From: Aegotheles albertisi
Taxonomy: Eukaryota
Direction: 5' to 3'
DNA length: 64,000 nucleotides
NCBI GenBank assembly: GCA_039906565.1
Contig: CM078459.1
Coordinates: 18,851,066-18,915,065 of the forward strand
Numbering within the stretch: position 1 is the stretch's first letter; each line of letters starts with the position of its first letter. Below the pieces are notes generated by a model that saw nothing but the letters and a program-made list of their open reading frames with translations, was not told the origin of the DNA and ran no database searches. Positions 49,243 through 61,800 of the stretch are shown here, piece after piece. A program made the translations under genes and the position numbers.

Positions 49243-52200
49243 CTGAAAGTAAACATAGTTTTCATGGTCAACCTATCATTCTTAGAACTTAAAACATTCC
49301 CATTTACTCCATGAAAATAAAAATTTTTAAGTTTCAAAAGCTTCCATTGATTACAAAAATGTACAAGAAATAAAACTAACTGTAGTTCCCTGTTTTTATA
49401 AAATTAAATGGAACAGTAAGTTCAATATAGCAATGCTGTATATTTTTGCATAAAGCTAAAGGTTAAATAATTACAAGTTGAATTATCAAATGCAGCAGTC
49501 TCAAGTTCCCAAATAATTATGTGATCAACTGCAAATGAATCCATCTTCACACAGCATTTTTCATTAATGAGCAGTAAGATATTTACAATTTAACTGTAAA
49601 TAGAGAGGTCTCATTACAGTATTGCTTAAAGGCCGTGGTTCAATAATATGGTAAATCTGGCTTCATGACTCACAAATGCTTTCGTTGATTTGAAACCAAT
49701 CTCTGATCTGATATATTACAGTATATAAACTCAATCTGCCAGTTCATCTTTCTTCTGATAGTTTTGACTTAACTTGGTAGTGGTATGTTTTTTGCTAAAT
49801 TGTATCATGCTATTGCTGTGTCAGTTCAGATACTAACCATTCTTTTGAAACCAGCACAAAAATGGAGTATCAACATGAACTATGTAACATGCATTTAGAC
49901 TAAACAGAAAAATAAGGTGCCGAATTGATCCAGATTCAGTTGATGCTCAGTCACTCAACAGCAAGAGTTCTGACATTACTGATCATGAACCACGGCCTGC
50001 TGCGAAACAAAAGACAGTACCCAGAGTGGCAAAAATCATCACCTAGGGGAAAACAAAGTACAACTATCATGGATACTTCCAAGGGATTTTAGCATTACCA
50101 TTTACATCAAAATGATGAAATAGAAACAAATTCACAGTTCAAAATGAAAACTAATGAAACTCATACAAAATTTTTTTCTCCTTAATTTTCTGCAAGAATG
50201 TTAATGTATATTCCACTCTTGAGTGAACACACATGTGCTGAGAAAAAAATTTACCTGACTCTGAGAATCATTCCACTTATGATTTAAATGTATAAGTTCA
50301 GATGCATTCTGAAAACAATTCCATATGCTAGGCAACTGAATCAATCTTGCTAAAAGCAACCTTTAAACTGAAATATTAATCAAATCAAAATACATTCATA
50401 GTATTTTTACTGTTTCACAAAACTCCTTTTCATTCAATCTTGTTTGGGATCCCAAACATGAGTCTTCCATCGTCACGCACATAAAGCAGCAGACACCAAC
50501 ATCTGATAGAACAGAGCCAATAGTTTTGTAAAATACTCCGGTATGGGAAATTGTTGTAAGATACATGACAAAAGGCTGGAAGGTCAGTAACTTTGTTTCT
50601 AGTATTAATCTAGAAAGTGAACTTAACGTAAGATTATACACTATTCCAAAATATGGCTTAGCGTGGAGAGGAAAAGTAAGGCCTCGTAACTAAAAGACAC
50701 AGACAGTTTTAAGGTCCAGCTATGAAAGGCCATTGATGAACACTAAGAAGGACCTCTTATTCTGACCCTAGAACCCACATCAAACCTTTATAACAGAACA
50801 TGCAACTACTTTGTCAGATGTTTCACAGTAATGTTGACTAACATTCAAGTAAAATCAGCAGCCCTGTTAGGATCAATTATACCTACAAATTGATACTAAT
50901 CAGTTAGTCACAAAATCAGCATACAACCTTTTTGATGTCAATCTGCTTTTACATCTCAGACTCGACGTGAAGAAGCAGAAGAAAAAGTGGTATAACATCC
51001 CTAATGTCAATCCCTAGCCCAATATACTACAAAAACATTGTGGGTATCGGTTTACATCAATCAAACTGTGCGTGCACATGTGCCTGTGTGAAAACAGGAC
51101 ATGTCACAAACAGCCAAGGTACTCCTTAGCTACAAGAGAAAGTATCACATTTTGAATTACTGCACATAATTTTGTTGATGTATTTCAGGTTCACTGCAAG
51201 TTGGTGGGTGGACTTTTTAATGATGTGAAACATGCCATGTAAGGCAGGGCCAAGTACAATACCAGCTAGATAAGGATATTAAGTACAGAGCTATAAAGCT
51301 GTACTAGTTACTAGAACTTAACTTGTTAGTTTTGGGGTTTTTTTGCAAAGGATAGAAGCATTGGCAAGCTATAACATATACTTCGTTTAGAAAGCACACT
51401 ACGCTTCCTTCTAGCAATAAACCAGTTTTTTCTCAGCTTGAAATGCTACCAGTCTTCAGTTGACAATAAGTACAACAAAAAAGGGGTAGAATCTGTAATT
51501 TTTATTTTTTTTTAAGTCTAACCTAACCATTGTAACAAAAAACATTAAGTAACTACTTGTAATTATGTAGGTTTAACTTCGGTGTTTAAATATTACCATA
51601 TAAAAAACATTTCAGCTACAGACTCAAGATCCATAAATGTGCCTTATGACCTACAGTGCCTGCTAATCTACCAACATGCCTACAAGATTTATTATTATTC
51701 CTAATATTGTATGTTCACAACTTATCATGTTCTTTTGAATTTTCAGCATGAGGAAATTCTTCTATACAGTTAACATGGAATTGCAAATTTAAGATAAATC
51801 CTGTCAGAGAAAATACTCAATTTCAAATGTTAACTGACAGCATACATCACTAATGTAATTAAATGCTCAACATAATAACTATAAAACACATGTACCTAGG
51901 TAATTTGTCAAAACCTGTATTTGCAGGAGTCTGGATGATAACAAAAGTTAGGTCGTAATCCACACACATCACATCCTAGACAGCTATTCACTATGTGAGC
52001 ATAAACATTTTACCGCAATTAAGTTAGGTCAATTATTCCATGGGTTTTGCCCAAAATACAACAAAGAAAGGAATACCAACAGGCAGTTAGAAAAGAGTAG
52101 CCGAACCAGTGCTGGTTGATATTCCAGGCCACCTGAGAGTTTCTTTCTTGGATATTCAAACCCTTTGCAGAATATAACAATGATTCCATTATCTTCTCAG

Positions 52201-54214
52201 AGCTTCTTTTCCTCACTATGACTGCCCATTCTTCTGTCAAGTAGCAGCCTGCTTCTGTCCCTTCCCTGAAGCTTCCCATGACTACCCATAACAGGGAGTT
52301 AAAATTGAGCAGAGAAGGACTAAACTTTTACTATAGAAATATGTATGGATGTGATTAAGAACTTCTGAAGTCACCTGGTACCTGGAAAAACAACTTAAAC
52401 TGGAAGAGAACAAGAAAAATCGATGATAGGCAGTTATAAGGGAAAAGAAACCCATAAGACAAGGATGTGTAGTAAAGTGTAATGTAAGCTTTGGGAAGAT
52501 TTAAAAAAAAACCCCACAACCAAAAAACAAAGGGAAACAAGCAAAGAATTGTAGGATAATTCTTTACACAACTCAATAGAAAGCTTTCCAAATTACTTCT
52601 GTTGCAGGATTCTTGTAAAATACTTCAGAATTCACTAATGCAAAAAACCCTCAAGAAGTTCCGATCCACCCCAGTAATTCACTTTTACAACAACTGTTAT
52701 GATGGCAACTATGGCATTATACTTCCTAATTACTTCTGATACAAGCATTAAAAATGAGATTTCCTCCCAATTTCCACTTGTAATGTCAACTGTAAAAAGT
52801 AGATCTACACAAAAATATTTAATACACCCAGTTTTCAAATTACATATACATCGTACATTTAATATAGCATGGATTCTCCCCTTTTTACAAGTATTTGAAA
52901 CAAGACTTCTGGAGTATTCAAGGTATATCATCCGCAACATTCTTACACCTCAATCACCACTGGTAACAGTAGTCTAAGTATACAGAGAACTGCCAAGATG
53001 ATTCTTCCAGGTTTTTTAAAATATATTAGTGTATTTTTAAATCCACTCTATAAAACCATGAAGCTAACTGTTTTGAGAAGGCACTTGAGAATTGATACAG
53101 GAGAATGTATCAGATGCAATTCTCTTTTCAGATTGAAAATAAAAATACAAGTAATTATAAAACTGGGTTTTTAACTAATGAAACAATACTACTTTTTTTC
53201 CTGGAAACGGGTCTTGCAATTGCAGCAGCCTGAAGATATTTAAAAAACTTGTCTCCAAATGATGCAATATAAATGGTAACAAAACTGTCAAAAATAGTAT
53301 GGAATAAGTATAGCACAGAATATTTTAGAAAAGCAAAATAAACAGCAGAAATATTAAGGTGACAGATCATACAGTCTTCTGGTCTTTGTGGCCAGGAGAT
53401 GCACTTCTCAATTAACAGGACTATTCACACTCACCTTTCACCTAAGGAACGGTGACCAAATTAATGCTAAGATAGGCATCAATCAATAAAAAAAAAGAAC
53501 ACCCCATAAACTTACACTTGCATATTAAAAGCCAGTAAATTAATTACTACTTTTTTTAAATTATAGAGCGAAATGTAATTCACAGTGCTGTTGATTCTCA
53601 CCTGTTTTCATTAGCATGGAAACTGAATTCTACTCTTTAGCAAACTTTGTCAGAAAAGGTAAGAGGTTTCCGTACCTCTTACTAGAATTCATTATTCCCT
53701 TCTTCAGCAGCTTATTTAATTAAGCTCTCTTTAGGCAAAGAAAATTATTTCCAAAGGCCCCTCCAGGGGGCCTATGTCTCTTAAACCTTACACAAAACTA
53801 ACTTACTGAAAGACTCCTGTATCTTAAGGACATAAACCATACAAGTGGTTAAAATTGATGGTATGGCACTCAAAATTAGAATTTGGGAGATACTTTTGAT
53901 TGTGCATGATTCTTCTTTTCCTAGAAATATTCTACTACTTCAAACCAATGACGAGCTCAATCTCTTAGCTAGGAAGTTAAGCTGCCAGCAAGGAGCTAAA
54001 GTAATAAAAACGTTCTCTTCCACCCACCCCTCATCACCTTTCCCTCTCTGGCTTATCCATCAATTAAAATCTATATGTATGATCTGAAAGTTACATTATC
54101 CCAAAATAATTCATTTTATTCCATCACATCCAGTAATATTAGATAATTTAAACTGAAAAATACTTATCTTCTTTCAAAATACAAGAATTAGGTGTGTTCC
54201 CAAGCACTGCAACC

Positions 54215-54325
54215 TAAATCCAGAGTTAATCCCTCCTCCAAACTGGATGTCATACTGATGACTCCAGAGATCTCTTCCAGCCTAAAGTACCCAAGAAGTC
54301 TACGAAGTCAATGATAGCCCCCACC
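54215..54325 (+). mobile_element. Possible old, degenerate CR1 3' fragment.
   Basis: 'ctggatgtcatactgatgactccagagatctcttccagcctaaa' resembles the CR1 terminus 'ctagatgatctctcgaggtcccttccaacc' but is diverged. Confidence 0.3.
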
Positions 54326-55119
54326 CAGGAGTTAGAAAAAAATGAACTCTCTTACCTCACACAAAGTTACACAAGTAAATATGTTAACTAGATAACAACT
54401 AAAGAAAACATAGCTATAAAATATGTAGCATACAGGAAACTACACAGGTCTATTTTTAAATAGGAAGTCTAATGAAAAGAATTTTTCATTAAGTTTAATA
54501 GCCACCAACAGGACTTGGTGTTGAGAAAAACATTCTAACATGGCTAGAGCAGACAGTTAAAGCCAATTTCCTCCTTGGTGATATTCCAGTAAATGTTATG
54601 AGATGGAAAAACATTCCTAATGGTGGTAACAATAATTATAGTTGAAAAAAAAAAAATTCCCCTTATGGAAAAAAGATTTATTATTAGTCCTGTGCAGTTC
54701 TTAAATATCTTCATCATTTCAATAATATTGTAAAGAAAGTATCAATGTTATTACAATAGGAGAATTTCTTTTAAAACAAATTAACAGCAAAATTATAGGA
54801 ATGTACTTGAGAAAAACCTCTCTGCACTAGGATGTTTGTTCTCTGCTTTTCGTTTTGGGAACAAACAAGAAAAGTCTTCAACTTCTGTGGGGCCTTTCTT
54901 CATTTCCTTTCTACATCTTTTGGAGAGCACTCATTTGCTGAGGGTATTCCTCAGTATCTACACTCCAAAGAAAAACCAAGTGCAGGTAAAAGACAACAAA
55001 AATACTACTACACTGAGCTGAAGTTTTTAAAGAATAACACACAAAAACATTTACCTTGAATCATGTTTTAAAATCACAGATCTGTTGTAATAAAAAATAA
55101 TACCAAATTTATATTAATG

Positions 55120-55265
55120 TGCAAGACAGCAATTTATATATACTGTCTTTATTTCATATAAATTAATTAAAATCAATATATGATATATAAATATATAATT
55201 ACTATATAATTAATTACATTAATTTATATAAATATTAATGTGTCATTTATATTAATGTGAAAGAT
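55120..55265. repeat. AT-rich low-complexity, partly palindromic block ('taaattaattaaaatcaatatatgatatataaatatataattactatataattaattacattaatttatataaatattaatgtg').
   Basis: Direct reading. Units such as 'aattaatt' and 'atatata' recur in both orientations. Confidence 0.7.
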
Positions 55266-55821
55266 AGTATATGAAAAATCTCTTGTAACATATACTAGTA
55301 TATTTTATACAGCATTAACAACAAATTGGGCATGATAGTACTCCATTGTAAGTATTGAGAAGCACCTCAGTGCACCATCTAATACACATTAACACTGGAA
55401 AAGATAGAAATGCGTTGCAGTTTTATGTGTGAAAGAGAACACACACACTCAACACTTCTCTGACAGACTTAGAAAAAAAAACTTTTTCAAAAAGAAAGTT
55501 ACATATTCTCTTAAATTCACCTTTATTTTAATACCAGCAACTTCTGATCTTTACAAGATGGAAGACAGTTTAAGATCCTCCTTTGTTTGGGTAAAACTAG
55601 CTTCTACAACCAAAACATCCAAGTTGTTGCTTTTTGGGGGGAGAGTATAGTATTAAATAACTGATCCTCTCATTATGCGTTGTTTTTTAAGTGACCCTCC
55701 TACAGCTGGGTGCGAAACCCACTCTGAAGAAATGCTGACTTCCTTTCAACACAACAATCCTCACATGATGTTTAAGTCAGGTCTGACAGTTTTGGAAGAG
55801 AAAACAGTTTAATTGCACTAA

Positions 55822-55866
55822 TATTACTCATATTACTCATATTACTCATATTACTCATATTACAAA
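55822..55866. repeat. 9-bp tandem repeat (ATTACTCAT) x5.
   Basis: 'attactcatattactcatattactcatattactcatattactcatattac'. Confidence 0.9.
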
Positions 55867-58800
55867 GATTTTTAGAGGACACCTCACTAAGCAGCATTAT
55901 TTAATAATTCCTCCGTGAATTAATACAGAAGAGAGCCAATGGGCTGATCTAAACGACGTAAGTCCAGAGACCACCTGGAGGCCCCTCAAATTTGTAAGCA
56001 TCAAGGAGGCTGAAAGATCCCAAAAACTGCGACATATTTTTACTAAAAACTATAATGTAAAACTCATTGTACCGGTTAGCCCTGAAAAAGAAAGTAATCT
56101 CTAGCAGCTGCAGAGCCGTATTAATGCAATCTGATTACAAGTGCTGAAAATATTCAAGAATTAACAATCGTTACATTACTTGTGTCTCAAAGACATTGCT
56201 AAAAGTAATCTTTTTTCTTAAGACTAGTTTCAACATGACTTGTAAGACTAAGTTCTCAATATCCAAGTAAAAGGACAACTGAATACATTAACATACTTGC
56301 TTCCCTTGCATCTTTGCCAAGAAAAATTGTATTTCATACTTTCCAAACGACTGCTGTTTATAAGAGGCAGCAGTCTAATGCTCTTCTTTCCTCTGTAATG
56401 CAGAAGAACTATTATCTACCAGATTTTAGTTACATTTTCCATGTCCCTTTCTCTTATTTTTTTTTTAAATCCAAAATTTTCTAGTTAATTCCACCTCTAA
56501 GAAAGCAACCTCTGACATCCTGTAGAACATGACTGCATATATCAAAAAGTAAAACTGGGTAAAAAAATATTTTCTTTTTATAAAACAAGGTCCAAAACAC
56601 CACCATTGAAAGAGGAAAGTAAATTTATATTTCACAACACAGGACTCCCAAACACTCCTGCTATTCATCAACCTCCATATATTTCAGGCTTGTTCCAGCC
56701 TGAAAATGTGTTTCAGCTACCACTACAAAATTAGCAAAAAGAAAACTAAGAAATCTTGTAGAAAAATACTGATGCAAGAAGGCAAGTTAAGAGCTGGTTG
56801 AACCTGTTTTAAGAAAAAGTCAACTGAAAATGGCTAATAACTTAGAGTGAAACCTGTCTGTAGTAAAGAGTCACTCTCAGCAAACTGTAAAAGTACTGTC
56901 AGAAATTGATTCCCTCTCAAAAATAAAATTAAGTTTGGCATAGAAAGTAACCTAGATTAGGAAAACAGTCCAAAATACTTTCAACTGTTATAAAATGGAG
57001 ATATTTTCTCATTTTATGTTATGAGAAGCAGAAAATAACCATTGCTCTGAACTAAAGAAACAATCATTACCAGTTTTCATCTCAGAACAAGTGAACAAAA
57101 GAATACTTATGGTTTGAGCCAGAAAATGTAGTCGCATATAATTTTGTGGGTTTTTTTGAAAGACATTCACAAATAGACACTTTAGCATGGAGACAACTGA
57201 GAATTCAGTCACTGATTTGGATGCAGAGATATTCACCCATCTTCAGTATTGAAAACTAGACATCACTACTACAAAAGTTGTGTACACACCTATAGAGATT
57301 TTTCATAATGTCTTTAGTGAACTTAGTACACAAAATTTACAGCAGAACCTACTCTGTGGATTATAGAACTTTGCTTCATATTAAGATTTATGTCTTTTCT
57401 GCTTCATCATTTTGTCTTGTAGTTACTTGCTGCTTCTCTGAATTTTAGTACCACATTTAAAACACTGCATTAATACGTCATTATTTCCCAAGTTTTTTTC
57501 CCACCACTTCTCCCAATTCCATTTCTTATAATACAGTAAAATATTGTACCTACAACACCTACAAAATAAAAATGACTAAAAAGGCAAGTTAACTATAGTT
57601 CTTCAGTTTCTGACAATCTGTGGAAAACGTTATTCACTAGCAAAAACAATTCACGTATACAGGCGGCAAAATCTGTCCCCAAACATCGTATAAATGGTAG
57701 ATGGGAATAAAATCCAAGCCTTTAATTCCATGCCCCTATTCAATCACCTTTGTGTCGTCTGTTTGGGTAAAGGAAAATCCTACCATGTCCCTTCATTGCC
57801 TATGGCTATACAGATGAAGCATTCTGTGAGGGTATAACTGCAAAGATATTTTTTTCCCCCAAATGCCATTGCTGTTGACCATTTGAGAGCAAACAGGAAC
57901 AGAAGTATTCTGCCAAAATTTCCCCTTCATCTAACAACTAACTCTCAAAGAAGCTAAAATTCTGCCTCTCAAATATTTTAAGGTAAATTTCAGAAATCAT
58001 TTTTCACAAGACAAAAGTGCTTAGAGAAGGTAACCACTTCAACAGAACTGGAAATCCTTTTTTGTTTTTTTTTAAAAAGATACCCATGTATTAACTGTCT
58101 TGATTGCAACTTCCTCATTACAACATTCTGTCAATTCATTTGGTTCCACTGGAGTTAAGAGCCACTTTAGGTCCACAGAACCAATATATAAAAACACTGT
58201 TCCCCCTTCTATTAGCTTCATTTTTTGAACGGCAGTAATGATATTAAAAACACAAATTCAATACAGTTCAATAGCTGAACATAACGCAAATTTTTCATTC
58301 ATAATCAATTTAAGGCACTTAGCTGCTTACTTACCTGCAAAACTACTTTATGAAAGCAATATACACCATATCTCCACATTCACAATTGATACATGTAGCA
58401 TAATCACATTGCATTCACAATATATTCACATCTTCAGAGGTATATTGGAGAATTTATGCTGAAGCTTAGAATTAAAGTACCAACCAGACATCCATAGAAC
58501 CATGGAGGATACCTTACTTTCACAGATCAAGCTATAAATGATTTAAAAAAGCACTCGGTAATTCACCCTGATAGGTGTGGAGTTGAAGGGCTGTTTAACT
58601 GGTAAAGTCTGGGCTAACTGAACTATCATGCAGAAATACACTAAAATATTTAACTGAAATTTGGTTGCTATAAAACAATGCTGCATTTCAGATTTCCCAA
58701 ATATTACGTTTTCCTTGCACATGAAACAAATCAGGCAAATATTCAAAAAGAGCGAATACTGGACTGATTCAAAATAACAATTTCCCCAATTGCAAGATCA

Positions 58801-61800
58801 AGAATGAGACAAGTCAAAGTCATCAATGTTTACCAGCCAAGAATATCCTTTATCATGATATGTTTATGTAAAAAATCTAACTACTTCTTAGTTGAATTTC
58901 AAACGTAACAGTGCAAAATCAACTTAAAATACTTTAAAAGCAGCGCTAGTACACTAAATCTGACTCTTCCCAAGTTGTTGTATGAACAATATTTCCTCAT
59001 CAATACTGTATATGCTGACTAAATTGTAACCAAAAGTCCAATTGTAGTTGTTATCCCTAAACTGATCTGAGTTACCAAGTGATTAGGATACATCTGTTTG
59101 CAAAAAGGAAGCTGAAACCCAAAGTCTTAAATGAAGACTGAAGCCTATTTACACAGTAACAAAGAGGTCCTGTAGGAGAAACTTCTAACATACAAATGCA
59201 GTCTGTTATACACGTTATGAATGTTGCTTACAATCAGAATAGTTCAGTAAGATTTCCCAAAATCTGGCCTGTCCACACATACAGCACTTAAACATACAAA
59301 ACATTAAGAAGCATCACTGAAACTTCTTGGTATGAAATCAGGCTCCATGGTTTTCCAGCTTTCGATAGTTTTCCAGCTAGTACTTTTATACAACCTGGAG
59401 GTCATTTACAGTGAAACAGGAACAAAATGAGGTACACTTGAATGAAGAAAGACACTTACCACTTGAATAAACACTGGGGAAAACAATATATTTGTACCAG
59501 GGAATTCTAGTATTTTAATCAAAAGTTTAAGAAATTGGTCACCTGAACAAATCCAAATGGATTTTGAAAAATTGTTTTCCCTGACCCAAATCCACACACA
59601 GTAACTATTATGCTACAGTGCCTGCTTTCATCAAAAGATATCTAACAAAATCTACCATTATATTTATGAACTATAGACCCAAAGGTCAGCATCATGTTAG
59701 GGACACAATGGGAATAGCAATGATTATAGACAAACAAAAATAGGTAGTTCTTACCTGAAGAACATACAAGTTCCCCTACAGATAAACAAATGTTTAGTAA
59801 CTCAGAAAGGGCAGGGGAGAACAAACACAAGGACTCCATAAAGTAATTAAATTTTAAACGTATTATAAAAACTAGCACTATATACAGAAGAGAAACAAGA
59901 AGAACCTAATTTTGACATTATATTGTCTCTTGGACCTTTTGTATTAATACCTTTAGGAAAGACACTTAACAAGCTAACCTGCCACAAGTATATCAACAAA
60001 ACTGCCTTCAGCAACACCAGTAACAGCAGTGTGCTTCAAGTCACATATAAAACAAAACTAGTACAAATACTCTTTCATCCTACACAATGCTAAGCCTAAA
60101 CTAACTGATGAGTCATTAGGCACTGTAGGAAATGCTAATGTTTGAGAAAAACACCTTTAAATGGTAACCCTTAAATAAATTTAAATGACTCTTTAAATGT
60201 TAGTTTTTGTTAACAGAGATATTAAACTCCCCACCTGAAGAGTTACAAAACAGCTCTACAGAAAGTCATCCCATCTTTTCTTCCAAAACACAATACTTAG
60301 TGAAAATGCTAATTCATCTAACAATAACACCTCATCTCTGGAAAATTAAAGTGGAAACTAAAGACTTGATGGAAGACAGAAACATCAGACAAATTCCATA
60401 TTCTTCATGGAAAATTCAACAACCCAAAACAAGCATTAACTCTGGTAAGAGATAAACCTACCTCGTGCCTGCACTACAGATAGGAGGCTTGTGAAACATT
60501 CATGAGAAAAACCCTAAATATTTTAATAGAAAAAAATTACATTTAACTTGATATCAAAAGACATAACTGCACTAAGACTAGTTAATTGATATGTTTCAGT
60601 TTACTGCATTACTACTATTGAAATCTTCCACTCCATGAGAGTTACTGAGGCAAAAGATCAGAGGCTTAGTGCTCACACTAAGAAAAAAACTACTCGTAAG
60701 GCACTGCCTCTTGAGAGAGAAACCAGATCTATAAATAACCTTTCCTCACACTGAGCAATAGATCCATTAACAAGTTTTGTCACATCAAAAATACTATTTC
60801 TACAGACTCACTTATAGCTTCTTGGGCGATTTATTCCTTCTTTAAACCCAGACCCTTTGAATAAAGACAAACTTTTCTAAGCAGAGGAACTTATTTCTGC
60901 TGCAAGTCTCAACGCCACCAAGTAAGATCTCAGGATTTAGAAAGGTGGATGAGTCCAAAATAGGTACCAAGTAGACAACTGAAACTGAAAGTATATTTCT
61001 TCTTAGTCTGGATAAAAACGTGTACAAACTCCAAGTCAAAATTAACTCCAGTAGCTGAGGAAGAAAAAATGAAAATTATTAAGGTAAACATTACTTTTAG
61101 GTTCTTCAAAATATGTAGGGCATTTATCAAACAATGACTTTAACAAAGGATTTTTCTAAATTGTTTATAAAAGCCTCATTCTTACTTTTTCAGAAGATGG
61201 AAAATTGAAGAACTCGGTATTTGAGGAACTTCGGTAAGTAGATTTTTTTTTAACTTGTGAGCAATAACAATTTTCAGAAATTATATTAAAATATGGAATA
61301 GAGCATTACTAATAGAATTATTTATCTGTAAAATTAATGAAATAGGAGAAGCTAAGTACACAAATGGAGTATTCTATAAACAAGCATACCAGACGCATTT
61401 GAAGTGTTTCCATTAATAATTGAAAAATGGCATCTGCTAAATCTGAGGGGTCATAAAACACCAAGACTGGCAAAGACTGATGTCATTTTGCCATTGCATA
61501 TCAAGTATCTTTAGAAAAGTGTTCTTTTAGTTTCTTGATCCATTTCTTACTGAAAGAAAATGAAGTTATAAGCAAAACCAGACAATCTAAAAAACACAGA
61601 CAAAAAATTCCTTATCAATTACTGTAGGAAGAGAACAAACCTGGGAACGAAAGAAATTACTTATGAATGGTCTCTTGTTTTGTTTGCAAGTTCAGATGAA
61701 GTAAATATTATATTCTAAAGCATTTTGTGCAACATTGGGAGATGATGGCAACAGAGTAAAAGATTTGTCTGCTAAATATCTATAACTTAACACAAGGAAA

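Noticed and set aside
56430-56445. Minus-strand 'CATGGAAAAT|gtaact', considered as the PSPC1 '...NYMEN' exon donor.
   Set aside because: The upstream minus-strand frame translates to '...DVRGCFLRGGIN*' with a stop and has no similarity to the PSPC1 coiled-coil region.
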